64,000 nt of DNA from Octopus sinensis (lineage: Eukaryota), in the NCBI RefSeq assembly GCF_006345805.1, contig NC_043009.1, positions 14,570,001-14,634,000 on the forward strand. The letters run 5' to 3'. The notes beneath the pieces were generated by a model that ran no database searches, had not been told where the DNA came from, and saw only the letters and a list, made by a program, of their open reading frames with translations. Shown one piece after another: positions 39,611 through 53,058 of the stretch (position 1 is its first letter; the number at the start of each line of letters is the position of its first letter). The position numbers were made by a program, and so were the translations under genes.

Positions 39611-40553
39611 GCCATTAAACGCCTTCTAACGGGCCCTTACTCTCCGTGAGATCTCGTTTTCGATATCTCGGCACATATTCACTTCCTGTCCCAGGTAGAC
39701 ATATTCCTTTACCTCTATTTCATCTCTTTCATCACTATTTCATCACTGCCGATCACCATTCGACCTGTTCGTACGTTGTCTGACCGCATGAACTTCGTTT
39801 CCATGCGATTCATCTGGAGACCTACTGCAGAGCTTTTGATGTCGAGTTCCATCAGCATGGTCTGAGACTAATCTGTGGTTTCAGTGATGAGTACGATGTC
39901 GTCAGCGAAACGGAGGTGAGTGAAGAGCTTGCTATTGATGTTGACACCGCCTTGCCAGTCGATGCCTCTGATGATCTGCTAGAGACATGCGGTGAAACGT
40001 TTTGGGGAGATTGTATCTCCGTGCTTCACTCCCTTCTCGACCGGTACTCGTATGGGTGATGACAGTAGAGCTATGTCGGTGGCGCATCCGGAATTTGCCT
40101 CCCTGAGCAGTTGCACATATTGCCCTCGACCCCTTGCCTGTGCAGCGAGTTCAGCACTGCGTTGGTTTCGACGCTATCGAAGGCCTTCTCATAGTCTACA
40201 AACGCAACGCAAAGTGGCAGATTGTACTCATTCGCAGTTGTGTTTGATTAAATATATGGTCCATCGTGCTGTAGTTCTTCCGGAAGCCGGCTTGTTCTCT
40301 CGGTTGTTGTTCGTCGAGATGACATGATAACCTGTTCAGAATTATCTTTGTGAACAGCTTGTACACGTGAGACAGCAGGCATATGGGTCGGTAGATTTTT
40401 AGATCTTCTCTATCATTTTCTTATATAGCAGGATGGTATTTGACTCTTTCCACTGCGAGGGAATTCTTCCCTCGTCTAGACAGTGCGTAATTCGCTCAGC
40501 GAGGATTTTCCAGAGCTGCTCTCTGCCTGACTGTAACACCTCCGATGTTATAC
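39611..40553 (-). mobile_element. RTE-clade LINE reverse transcriptase fragment
   Basis: YRPICLLSHVYKLFTKII; QPREQAGFR; GVKHGDTISPKRF; HLRFADDIVLI (FADD 39898-39909); EYVYLGQ. Confidence 0.9.
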
Positions 40554-43099
40554 TGAATGGAGGAGTGAGTGGAGTTTACATTCTTTGGTGTGAATGAGAA
40601 ATTGATAAAAGTGATGATTTAAATGAATTATGTAGCGTAAAGCAGTGTTAACACGGGAGGGTGACTGAGAGGAAAAGAAGAGGGGAAAAGCCAGAGGGAG
40701 AAGGCGGTCGATGGTGTGTATTTTGGCGAAATTAGAATGAACAAATGCGGTAGGATGTAGTACGGAGTATGGGTAGGATGGTTGTAGCAGAGTGGAGAAT
40801 GGGGTGGAAATGGAGGCGAAAATCTTTAGGGATGAGGCGGTGATGAAGATATATATATATATATATTTCTTTATTAAATGATATATATTTCTTTATCAAA
40901 AGAACGTGACGAATGTATAGCAATGGAAGTTATGGTAGAAGTGTCGAAACTGAAATTCAACGTTGTTTAACTTATACATTTAAAATATTTGACATCACAA
41001 ACTTTATAACTTTATAATTTAAATAATTCCTAGGAAAGGATTTTGAGTGTTTCTGACGCTTATACAAAATGAATACATGTAACTAAATTTTGTTGATTTT
41101 TGGTTTATCAAGGTTTAGTCAGTGAATGTCTGTTTACAAGTTTTAGAAATGCCATAACGTTAAGACTTTCTAACATTTATTTTGGAATGCTAAACAAAAG
41201 CAACTTCTAAACTTTGAAAGGTATTTGAAAAGATCGTATCCCAAATTGATATTTTAGCAACTTGCCATAGAATCGTAAACATAACATTTATGTTTGGGTC
41301 TGATATAATTTTTAAAATTATGCGACATAGCGTCATTTTTCCCAGATGGAATAAAGCAATCAAACTATTCATTGAACATCGTCAATTCTAAAGTTTCTAA
41401 ACACACAGCGGTAAAGCAACTATATCCTTCTTGATATTGCCTCGCCTTCTTGCTATACACATTATATGGAATTTGCTTTGTAATAACTTCTATAAACTGT
41501 TTTCTTCTGCACTGCACTTGATATGTATAGAAATTCCAGCAGAGTGGTTTTCTTGCCTCTAGTATTACTAAAGTATTTAATAAATCTGTTATAAGAAAAT
41601 GTTTTCCTTTTCATTTAAGTCTTTATTTGCATTTTATTTCTTCAGCTATTTCGCTCCGACTATCAACTCTAATACAGATCTGATTATTCTTTCAGTAATC
41701 CGTTTTTTTTTATTTTTGGTGCACAGATGCTATCTAGACGCAGAGTAGATAGCCAACACCCGAATCTCATTGTCTCAATGAGCATATATCTAGAAGGCAT
41801 CCATAGATAGAAAGAATGTGATCATCTTAAGCGACACAAAAAAAATATTCAATGCATATATCAAAAGAAATATAACATACCTTCCCTATGATTGACCCTC
41901 TCACGATTTCAGTATCTCTAACGTCAGTATCATATAACATGGATAAATAAGCTTCCTAAAGATGTAACACTAGTCAGCTACAGACCTCACGTAAACTGCA
42001 TTGACTCATTTATTGAAGCCACCTCTGTGAAACACACTTATATTGTCCATTTGATATTAAAACGGCCTCCGCTTATCTGAACTTGCCGTGACCTATTTTT
42101 CCATCGAGACGCCAATTCATCTTCACCGTATCTCCTCTTTCTCACATTAATTTTTTTGTGAAGTTTCCTATGAAAATATCGACGTTTATATGTTTAAATG
42201 AGCACCAATTACATAATTCTGTCTATACTCAATGACAAGATATTTTCATAGGTCCATGCAAGCGTTTAAGTTATACGATTAACTGAAGATTTCACATATC
42301 CTTCCATTAGTTTAGAACTAACAGTGTGTTATGGCCAACCTTATTTTCTCTTAATAAATATATCGCTCCTTTTTTAATTGGTGCAGATTTAAACTTAGAG
42401 TAAATATTTTGATACATGAATATGTACAATAAATTGATTCCTGCAGAATATGTTAGTTTCGAGAAAGTTCATGCACTTTTCATTTCATAAGATTTCAAAA
42501 TAGGATACATGTCTAATATTAGCCAATTCTTTTAGAATACATTTGTAAACGTACGTATGACTTACCAGACTTTTGATAAAATTGAATAGATTCAAGTGAT
42601 ATTCATATTTTTCTGAAGACTAAGGATGAATGGAAAGAAAATGTAAGTATAACTTCCTTATTTTGATATTAATGTAGATTCAGATGCAAATGTTTTGAAT
42701 TCATATCATGTGTTCATATCCTACTCTAAATTCTCACAGTAAAGACGAAGATACCGGTATTAAATGAAATGTTTTCAGAACAATACTTAGGAAAAAATAA
42801 GAAAGATTAATATTGTTAGTGTAGAGTATGTTTTGTAGGTCATCGATAATGGAAAAGCAGAAACCGAGTCAAAGATTCGATTTAATGCATTCTTTGAAAG
42901 AGAGAAATATTACATATTGTGCCTATGTGCGAAAATACGCCTATATTACTCGGACGTTGAATATGTAACAACATTGCTCTGGGTTTGATTACACTGCACA
43001 CAGACTTGTGGTACGTGCCTTCTTTTTATGCTTCGGGTTTCGCCGAGATCTCGTGTAAGTGTAAAGGTAAATTGGCAATTAAAAGTAAGAAAACAAAGG

Positions 43100-43270
43100 T
43101 CAAAAGAACGTACATATGAAATGTATTCGCTCAGCTCTCAGTATAAGACAGAAGAAAGAGTGGCTGTCGAAACGTTTCGAGCCCGGCTCTTATCAAAAAT
43201 ATGAGGAAGGAAAGATCGGGAGAAAGAAAAAACGTCTAAAAAAAACAAATGTGATCACATGGCTGCAGCG
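43100..43270 (-). mobile_element. Penelope-type terminal fragment with decayed hammerhead (43168-43198)
   Basis: Minus strand UUGAUAA-GAGC CGG GCUC-GAAA-CGU; similar to the 25217 element. Confidence 0.5.
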
Positions 43271-43364
43271 ATATGTATATATGTATGTAGCTATGTATCT
43301 ATCTGTCTATGTACATATCTGCCGGTTTATCGATGTGTGTATGCGCGCGAGCGTGTACATACAA

Positions 43365-43450
43365 GCAGGCATATATGTCACGCAGTGAGACTGAACCCGG
43401 AACCTTGTGGTTCGTAAGCAAGCTACTTACTACACAGCCACTACTATGCC
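43365..43450 (-). mobile_element. SINE family A head
   Basis: cgcagtgagactgaacccggaacc..gctacttactacacagccac. Confidence 0.8.
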
Positions 43451-44566
43451 TATAAAAATGATAAACAATCTTAATCAATTGTTGAACCTTATTGGATTCT
43501 CATCAGAGGCATCCACATCATTCTGACTGACAATTAGGTATTTACTTACAGAACCAACTGTTCCAATTATTATTAATATAAATGTAAATTCGTAATCCGG
43601 ATTTAAAAGCTGGACTTGTCAATAGCTAGCTTCTTTTTCTTTGATTTTTAAAGAGATATTCAAATGAGCAGGACAGTTGCCAAAACAACAATATCTGGCC
43701 TGTTATGTTTACACTACACAAGTGATCTGAGGGCAATGTTCCACTACTATTACGTGTGTTGATATTTGTATGCGTATTCAATAACAGGGGGAATGCTGTT
43801 ATTTATTCCAGGAAAGTGTTTTTTTTTCAAAGAGAACATCATGCCGCCTAGGGATGTAGTACCATCATGACACATGCTTCTAATCACATGTGATGTTTTC
43901 CACAGAAATATGGCACATGTGTGTATGTATGTATGCATGTGTGTATGTCCGCGTTTGTGTGTGTGTGTGCGTGTGCATGTGTATGTGTATGCGTGTGCAT
44001 GTGCGCGCTCGTGGGCGTGCGTCTACATGTATTTCTTGAAAATAACTCTTTCTGAAGAATATAGAAAACTATTGTTACTCTAGCGTTAGTCACATCTGAA
44101 GCTCTTACAATACAATGCGATTTCTGTGATATCATTGCAGTGATTCATTTACCAAATTCTTTGCACATTTTTGTTTTTGATACAGTATATAGAAGAACGA
44201 GATAGTATGTAGCAATGAGACTATCATATTTATCTTAATGCGATAGTCTTCGAACAATTACCAGAATGCAAATTATTATATACTACGCTAAACGTGATAC
44301 AGTTTTCTGTTTGTTTACACATCCCGCAACACTTGCTGCCATAGCATTAGAAGGAAGTGTATACTTTGTTCCGAAGATGTAGAAATTTGTGCGCATGGTA
44401 AATGGTATCAATTTCATTTTCTTAACTCTGCTGAATAAATATATCATTCATTCGTCAATGATAAACTAGGAAATTAAAAATTGATTCACGAATTTCCGCA
44501 ATGTTCGCGTGTTGTTTGCGAATGTGCGTGTGTATTTCTGTGTGAGTATGTGTGCTTGTGGGCTCT

Positions 44567-44605
<39 letters not shown>

Positions 44606-44641
44606 ATCAAAATAAAATAAAAACATGATGCGAAGGATTCA

Positions 44642-44719
44642 GCGGTACATATGTTTCGGGCCTTTATTAGACAGATTTATAACAATGCATAATGTATGTC
44701 TGTGGCCTTCTTCAGCCGC
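44642..44719 (-). ncRNA. Type I hammerhead ribozyme motif, canonical core
   Basis: Stem I GCGG/CCGC; CUGAAGA; A.C then stem II GGCC/GGCC with inner ACAGA/UCUGU; GAAA; palindromic stem III ACAUAUGU; GUA triplet, predicted cut between 44646 and 44645. Confidence 0.8.
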
Positions 44720-45999
44720 GCACAACAGCTTCCACAAGGTCATGTGTTACATCAAAAATTCTTGGTTGGGGATGCAAATCCTCTCATTCACGTACGACAT
44801 AATGCGGCAGCAGCATAGAATTGAAGCGTCCATCTCTTTCTTCTCCCAATGTAGAATGAGGAAAATTGGATGTTGAGGTAATGTAAATAAATAAATACAT
44901 ATATAGAGGTGAAGATGGAGGGGCGAGAGTTCGGGACGAGGGATAAAAAATATATAAAAAGTGTAAGTATAGAATAATATAAAAATGTAGAGGATAAAGA
45001 TATAAAGAGTTGTAAGGAGATGTAAAGGGGGTATAAAGAAATATAAAGAAATATAAATAAATGTAAAGGCATAAGGTTATAAAGTAAAAATAGAAATAGA
45101 AATAAAAGTAAAAAAACCTGATAAAACCATGATAAAAGTGTAAAAGAATGTAAAGATAAGGGATGTATAGAGGTTACGGACCAAGCATGGTGGTCAGGAG
45201 ATTGATAAAATTTAGTTGTAGAATTGTCAGTAAATCAACAGTTTCGTCTGGGGACTTAATGCGTTGTAAATCAGAGCTGATGAGCATTTAATCTGGTTCC
45301 TTGAATTAAATGGACTTCTAGTACATACATATCATCATGGATACATGCACCCACATACACGCGTACATATACGCCTCCAAGCCTATAAGCATACACACGC
45401 ACTCGCGCGTAAACACGTACATAAACACACGCACCCACACGCACGCGCGCACACACACATACATACAACAGAATATCCGCATATATACACGGACATTACG
45501 CGCGTACACGCTCACATGTATATACACGCGCCCATCACTACATACACACACGTATATGCCCACGCCTCTAGATCCAGGTATAAGATATTAAAGGATGTGT
45601 ATAAGAACGTAAGTAAAGAATCCCGTACTCATGTCAACATGCGCACGCACACACGGCTGTGTGTCCGTATGTGCGTGCACATATACACTCATATACACAC
45701 ACAGAGAGACACACGCGCACACGGGTATAGCTATAAGATATCGAAGTATGCATGTACATATATGCGCGTGCATATGTATGTGTGCGCACACACACGTACG
45801 CGGACGCTCGTATATTCAAAAGGTGGATCCATAGGTAAGTAAATAAACATATATAGAGGTGTAAAGCGATAAGTTAGGGGTAAGAATGAGGGTAAGGGTA
45901 AAGATTAGAAATAAAAAATACAGTATAAAATAAGAAATACAATGTAATAGTTAGAAATGAAGTATAAGAATTATAAAAATTATAAGAGTTAAGGTAAGG

Positions 46000-46310
46000 G
46001 ATGAAAATGAAAATGAGAATAAATGGAAGTAGAATAAAAGTAAAAATAAAATTAAAAATAAAAATAAATGGAAGTAGGATAAAAGTAAAAATAAAAGTAA
46101 AAATAAAAATAAAATAAAATAAGATAAAATAAGATAAAATAAGATAAAATAAAATAAAATAAAATAAAATAAAATAAAATAAAAGTAAAAATAAAATAAA
46201 ATAAAATAAAATAAAATAAAATAAAATAAAAATAAAATAAAATAAAATAAAATAAGAATAAATAAAATAAAATAAAATAAAATAAAATAAAAAAAGATAA
46301 AAATATATTT
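46000..46310. repeat. (TAAAA)n pentanucleotide tract
   Basis: Direct reading. Confidence 0.9.
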
Positions 46311-46789
46311 TGTAAAGTTTAACATGAGATGAAGGTGGTTGAAAGTTAGAGGTGTGTGTTAAACGTAGGGGCGGGCGGGGGGAACTGAAAATTGAAGGGT
46401 GGGAAGTGGAGTTTGGCGGTGTGCGTTCAACATCTGAGTTAGAAATGTGAAAGGGTATAGATGTAGGGAATTAAAGAGACTACATAGGGAGGATATGGGT
46501 GTAGGAGAAGAAATATTTAGGGAAAAGAAGTCATATATGGGAGACAAAATTTGTATATATAGGGGGAAAATGCAGGGAACCGTATATGCACATACACACA
46601 CCCACACACACACACACGCACATGTATATATATATGTATGTGCACACATACGTACACGTATGTGCACATACATACGCACACACACACACACACACACACA
46701 TACACACGCACATATAGGAAAGCGGGATGTGCTGGAGCCGACAGGTTGCACCGGGTGGGAGGAAATTGCATGGGGGAGTTGGTATAAGA

Positions 46790-47289
46790 CCTAAGCATTG
46801 TAGTATTTGAAAGTATTAATAAGTATGGTTTGAACTCTGACCTTTTGTTAATAAGATTGTGTTTGTCTTTGAATTTCAAGATGTTCAGGAGTTCTACACA
46901 GCATAGTTGGCATCCTGCTCTATTATTTAAATAAGGTGCAGCTGATCCGGTGATGGACCATCTGAGTTTGAAGTCTATGCATTTGTCTTTTAATTCCCAA
47001 ATTCTTTTAGAGAGGGAGGTGCTGTTAGCCTTATGTCTGTGTCTCAGCGAGAACCGGTGGTTGTAGTATCTGGATTTCCAGGAGGTTGAGCAACCAATAT
47101 AGGTGAGTGTGTTAAACTGAGTACTCACCTCACATGAGTATATTACGTTTTTCGCCCTACATGCGCCCTGCAGCGGGCACTCTGATGCACATCTGCAGTT
47201 GCATTGCATTGCATTATTCGGTCGTGTGCTGCTAATCCCAGGCGGAGGTGTTGCAATACGAGTGGGGGCGTTGGTATCCTCCTGGTTGT

Positions 47290-47290
<1 letters not shown>
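46790..47290 (-). pseudogene. GIY-YIG endonuclease C-terminal domain of a Penelope-like ORF (stop-free, 5'-truncated)
   Basis: Within ORF 46517-47209; the terminal CRH motif usual after NKRSE appears missing. Confidence 0.8.
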
Positions 47291-47335
<45 letters not shown>

Positions 47336-47559
47336 GTTTTTGTGTTTTGAAGTCGCAAACTACAGCATACACGTAATTACAAAAACACAAATTTCATAAC
47401 TTGCAAAATAAACACACCAATGTCATTAGGCAAACTGCCTCATAAAGGTTGCTGCTAGCTCTCACAGCACACGCAACTCTGTGCGGCCATCCGATGGTCC
47501 TCTACATAATTATTAGTCCGGGGACTAGATGTTCTGACATTTTTATCATCCATCAGAGT

Positions 47560-48090
47560 TTCCTCGCACACTAGTCATTCAAAACCATTATTCCAAATTA
47601 GCAGTTCTATTTAGTGACGAATTGGATTCCAGGAAATAACACCTCCTGTCAGGAGACCATCCCAAGCTTCCTTGAGGTTAGCGCCTTCTTTCATCAGTTA
47701 AATTTTATAGCACCAGAAACTCCACAGAACATTGATAGCGTTGAAGAAGGAGACAGCTCAATGTCAACTTGGATAATGGAACAACCATTACAATAAACCT
47801 ATTTCGCGAGACTTGTATTTGCATTGTAGATTTTAGTGAACAACCGGATATATCCTTTACGCGCATATATCAGTATGCCCAGTGGTGGAAACAGGTTGAA
47901 AAGGTAAAAATTGTTACTAAAAATGTTCTCTACAAATGTGTCCTTGCTTTGTCCACAATGCAAGGTTAACAATACTTTGAGATGGTCAATTCAAGTTTAT
48001 TGCATTTAATTACCAATATCTTAAGTGAATTATGTGCTGCAAGACTTACTATGACCCTTAGTGAGACATTGTTCTCAATCTGGAAGAGAA
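47560..48090 (+). mobile_element. Possible highly decayed Ty1/copia integrase relic
   Basis: Hand translation LFSD..; FHQLNFIAPETPQNIDSVE (cf. APYTPQQNGVAER); NLFRET; KFIAFNY..YYDP..IV in expected order. Confidence 0.3.
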
Positions 48091-49204
48091 TTATGATAAA
48101 AATTAAAAAAAGAAAAGAAAAAAGAATAAGAAAAGGATTTCCGGCCGCATTGCAAGTAAAGGAATCTAACTTATTGGCCAAGTCTCAGTAACCAGCATCC
48201 TACAGTCTGTCTTCACAAACATATTGTCATTTCAATTTGTAGCTTCCCCTGCAACAAAGGTGTGATAGGGGAATTGCTAGTTGCTTATCATCTCCACGTA
48301 GACTCCCTACGAAAGCAGTCACATCTATTCTCGTCACTCATATCCGTAATTCATCTTTCCGATCTGCAATATTAACTACAAACAAATCTGTCTGTTAGAA
48401 AATACCTACCAATTGGAATTATCTTTCAGTTCATGTTTTTCTGCAGACATTAATTTGCAGACGTTCAAACAGGACACCATTTCACTAGTCTCAGAAGTCT
48501 TGGAAAAGGCAAGGGAAGTGCCCGTTCCGCTTCGCTAAGCTATAAACAATTTTGATCAATTATTGTTGCTGTCTCACTTCACTCGCATCATTAAACATTT
48601 CGATGCTTATAACCATCACATTGTGGGAAAGTAAGAAACTAATATATCAAGCCACAGCTGTATATAAAACTAACAAGAAGATTTAAGCGGGATGATGAGC
48701 TCAAGTTGAACGTATCTTTAGATAATATAATCCTGCTGAACATAGCAAAAATAACTTCAGATTTTGTTAACTTCACACAAGATATACTAACTTATAATAG
48801 GATAAATCACGTCTCTGTTTAACTGGGATAAATATTAACTCACACAAACTGTTCTTCCCAAAAATTGCTACTGATAGAGAAATTGTCTGTCCACTTCCTT
48901 TATTTTCCGATTAGCAGAAAGGGTTCTAGAGGTGAAATCATGATAAATCAAATCAAACGTGGATAGAAAACAAATATTTTACGTGCAAAGAAAAGGGAAA
49001 TTAAACACGCTTTCATGAACAACCATTTTTCACCCTTTATTTTCTTATGTCTATCTCTCACTCTTTCTCACTTTTCTTTTCATTATTCCCTCCGGTGAAA
49101 TTTTTTCACCATTCTACTATTTAATTCTTAACTTTTCGTTCTATTTTTTTCTCATTTGCTATGATTTTAACTTCCTTTTATTATGTTCTCACCGTGTTGC
49201 TATG

Positions 49205-49406
49205 TATACATATACATACATACATACATACATACATACATACATACATACATGCATACATACATACAAACATACATACATACATACATTCATATATACA
49301 TACATACACACATGTATATAAATATTTATATGTATGTATATATATATATAAACGTATATACATACCTACCTATCTACATATATATGTGTCTATATATCTA
49401 TATATA

Positions 49407-49487
<81 letters not shown>

Positions 49488-49654
49488 AGTGTGTGTGCGT
49501 GTGTTTGTGTGTTTGTGTGTGTATATGTATGTATGTATATATATATATATATTATATATATATATATAGGGAGAGAGAGAGAGAGTGATAGATAGGTAGA
49601 TAGATAGATAGATATACAGATAGATAGATATATAGATATACAGATAGATAGATT

Positions 49655-49724
<70 letters not shown>

Positions 49725-49745
49725 CAGATAGATAGATGGATGGAT
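49205..49745. repeat. Compound (TACA)n-(TA)n-(TG)n-(GA)n-(TAGA)n microsatellite
   Basis: Direct reading. Confidence 0.95.
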
Positions 49746-50066
49746 GGATAGACAGACATACATATGTTTATTGAATAAAGACAAACAAGATTCAAATGCT
49801 TAGATCTGCATTACTCTGCTCCTGTCATCTTCATTGTTACGAAGAGAGTCTAAAAATTATTCTTAGATCCTTTAAAAATTTATATAATTTCTACTTTATT
49901 TGTATGTTTAGGCATCGCAAAAAATACTTCGATTCTTGATATAGAAATATTTTCCTCTTCCTCATATTGTAAACAATGCCCAAATCGTAGAATGTTTTAT
50001 TAAACATGATTTCTATTAGTTAAACAGCTATTATATATTCTACCCAGTAACATTTTCTGATTATTT

Positions 50067-50245
50067 TAAGGCGGTGAGCTGAGAGAATCATCGTTAGCAC
50101 ACCGGGCAAAATGCTTAGTTCGAAGTTCAGATTCCACCGAAGTTGCCATTCGGGGTCGATAAAATAAGTACCAGCCTATCATTAAGGTAGGTGTGCTGCA
50201 CTTACCAACTCATACCGAAGTTGATGAACTTGTGCCAAAATGTGA
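50067..50245 (+). mobile_element. SINE family B, deleted copy
   Basis: aaggcggtgagctg..gttagcacaccgggcaaaatgcttag..cggggtcgataaaataagtaccag. Confidence 0.75.
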
Positions 50246-50559
50246 AGTCAGTATCTGTGACTGTTTCCTTTCTATTCTTAATCATTTCAACTCAGCAATA
50301 ACAGATTATGATGATACGTTGCCTTTCCGTGTTATCTAAATTTTAATCTTAAGAAATACTCCACAAAATTTTATTTTCATTATAAAGTGATAAATATTTG
50401 TTTGAGTATATTAGATTTAAGAAATCATTGTTCTAAGGTAATGGCTCCCAAACTTTTACACGATGGTTGACTTTTATGTAAATGAGTTTTCCCCCACGGA
50501 CCACGTTTAATATGCTTATATATATAAGGATAAGCATATATACATTATTTAAATTATTT

Positions 50560-50733
50560 ACATTTGACGGATATTTGTCCTCATCTTGTTTGTTGTTAAC
50601 ACAACGTTTCGTTTGATATACTCTCTAGCCTTCATCAGGTTTCCTGGGGAAATTTCGAACATGGGTTCTCATTCCAAAGGTATTTTTCGATGCTGCTGTT
50701 GTTGTTATTATTATTATTATTATTATATTATTA

Positions 50734-50767
<34 letters not shown>

Positions 50768-51500
50768 ATTGTTGTTGTTCAGGTCACTGCCCGAGATCTA
50801 ACTCGGAATGTTGGGGTCAGTAGCAAGCGCAATTAACCACTACGCCATATGGCCGTGGGCAATTATGGAGTGAATTTTAGGGCCTAATTTTTTCCTATCC
50901 TTCCATAACACTGGTCCCCATATGCTACTCATATCGGCACTCGGTCTGCTTAGGAGATTTCTGTGTCCAAGATTATGTGCTGCTTCTTTTAGTTTTCGTA
51001 TTTTCCAGTGGTGTTCTCTGTCTATTATTTTAACTTCAATCATCAGGGGGAGGTGGTCTTCATTTTTCCATATATGTTCAGCTATACCCGATTTATCAGT
51101 GTCACAGTTTTGCGATGTTCGTCCACCCTTATTTTGAAGGGGCGGCATGTTTAGCCTTTGTAAAACCTACCCCATCTGCATGGGTTGGAGTGCAATCAGT
51201 CTTTGGCCACATTCTCTTCTATTGGTGGTTTTACTCGAAGGAGATATTTACAAAGTATTGTATTGCTCTGGAATACTGTCCTGATGTCATATGGGCCGCA
51301 TATCTTTTGTATATTTTCGGAGAAGCCTTTCACATAGGGTAAGTAGACTATGGACAGTTTATTGGTTTCATCCTTTCTTTTCTTCATAACTGGAGTGGAT
51401 AGTATACTTTTGGAGTAGTCGTTGCTTAATAGATTGTTATTGAGCTTGATCATTTCTTCGTGGTATCACGATCACTGCCTAAAAATGATTGAGCAAAGAA
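50560..51500 (-). mobile_element. Penelope/Poseidon-type element 3' portion: linker, GIY-YIG, 3' UTR with hammerhead-like motif (50597-50640)
   Basis: IVYLPYVKGFSENIQKIC; RPFKIRVDEHRK; TDKSGIAEHIW..VKIIDREHHWKIRKLKEA; CUGAUGA-A-GGC...GAAACGUU with damaged stem II. Confidence 0.85.
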
Positions 51501-51796
51501 TATAAGAAGCGCACACAAGCACACACACGCACATCTACACATACACACACACACACATACACACATACACACACACACACACCCATACACACACACAGTT
51601 ACATGTTCTATGCACGCGTACAATCTCGCCAAAATATGAGAATAGGCTCACTTGTTATTTTACACCAGAACTGGTAGAGACTTTATTAACACTCACAGAG
51701 ATCGGGCTCAAAGAAATGCATTAACAGTATTTCTACCATTCTGAAAAGAAGTGTTGATTATGGAAACAGGTTCCCTGGTAATATGATGCGAGTCGT

Positions 51797-52225
51797 AAGG
51801 GCAGCGAGCTGACAGAATCATTATGTCGTCGGGCAAAATCTTTGCGGCGTTTCGTCTATCATTGCTTTCTTAGTTCAATTCCACCGAGGCCAATTTTACC
51901 TTTTATCACTTCCTGATTGATAAAATAAGCACAATGTGAGCACTGGGGTTCACGTAATCGACTTCGCCCCTCCTCCGATCTAGCTGGCCTCGTGCCAACA
52001 TTTGAAATCAATATGATGCGTGCCATTAAGGAGGCGAACTGGCAGAATCCTTAGCACTACTTAGCAGAATTTCGTCCGTTCTACGTTCAAAATTCAGATC
52101 CTGCCGAAGTCGACTTTGCGTTACATCCATTTTAGCGACGATAAAGTAAGTACTAGTGTCGAGGTAATCGATATACCCTGCTCCACCAAGATTGCCAACC
52201 TTTTGCCAAAATTTTAAAACAATAT
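51797..52225 (+). mobile_element. Two tandem diverged SINE family B copies (51797-52009 and 52028-52220)
   Basis: Both begin aagg..gcga.ctg.cagaatc.tta and end tgccaa.att.tgaaa.caat. Confidence 0.75.
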
Positions 52226-52334
52226 GATGTGTACAGTTTCCATCCTAATTACACTTCAAAGTTCATTTGATGTTTTAAGTTTATTTCGTTGCTATGAAAA
52301 CGGACATCTAGAGAGGCACATAAGCAAAGGCTAA

Positions 52335-52720
52335 CCTTTTCTACTCAAAGCAAAGGCCCGAAATCTTTGGGGAAGGTGCCAGTCGATTAGATCGATCCCA
52401 GCATGCAACTGGTACTGAATTTATCGAACCCGAAAGGATGAAAGGCAAAGTTGACCTCGGCGGAATTTGAAATCAGAACATAAAGTCAGACGAAATACCT
52501 ATTTCTTTACTACCCACAAGGGGATAAACACAGAGAGGAGAAACAAGGACAGACAAACGGATTAAGTCCCGTGCGTAACTGGTACTTAATTTATCCACCC
52601 CGAAAGGATGAAAGGCAAAGTCAACCTCGGTGGAATTTGAACTCAGAACATAACGGCAGATGAAATACGGCTACGAATTTCGCCCGGCGTGCTAACGTTT
52701 CTGCCAGCTCGCAGCCTTAT
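52335..52720 (-). mobile_element. Composite SINE family B: head, body and long tail joined to a second headless body
   Basis: Body unit gaaaggatgaaaggcaaagt..cctcgg.ggaatttgaa.tcagaacataa occurs twice; junction aagaaata|ggtatttcg near 52498. Confidence 0.85.
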
Positions 52721-52769
52721 GACAAATAAAAAAAGGCCAGATTAATTACCCTCAGTAATCATTATGGCG

Positions 52770-53058
52770 CGCATTCGTTCATCTATATAAAGTCGTGTAT
52801 TTATGAGAGATTTTACTGTAAAGCATGTTTATCGAGTCTTAACAGCTGCCTTTAAATGACGCCTGTACAATTATAGGCCCACTGTTAGGATTCCAGAAAG
52901 ACGTTACGTCACGTCCCTAGCTAGCCACGTGTAGCAGTTTGATGATGAAGGAACTCCATACGAAATTAAATGGTGGGTCATAGATTATTCGGGGTCCTGT
53001 ATAAGCTGGGGCGAACGATGCAAACTTTGCATAGGTGAGCGGGCAAGGATCCTTTTTA

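Larger units (their letters stand above)
44604..47291 (-). mobile_element. 5'-truncated Penelope-like element (Naiad-type GIY-YIG) with microsatellite-filled 3' region ending in a hammerhead; (TA)n at both ends
   Basis: CNCRCASECPLQGAC..NVIYSC..YIGCS..RYYNHRFS..SLSKRIWELK..W..CQLC..E..LINKRSE; joining the ORF and the 3' hammerhead into one element is inferred. Confidence 0.75.

Noticed and set aside
39968-40005. CUGAUGA...GAAACGUU hammerhead-like string on the plus strand
   Set aside because: Lies antisense within RTE RT coding sequence and has no stem I; coincidental
52857-52859. In-frame TGA in the Naiad-type fragment as possible selenocysteine (some Naiads encode selenoproteins)
   Set aside because: Not at a cysteine-type position, a TAG also interrupts the frame, and no SECIS was identified; decay is more likely
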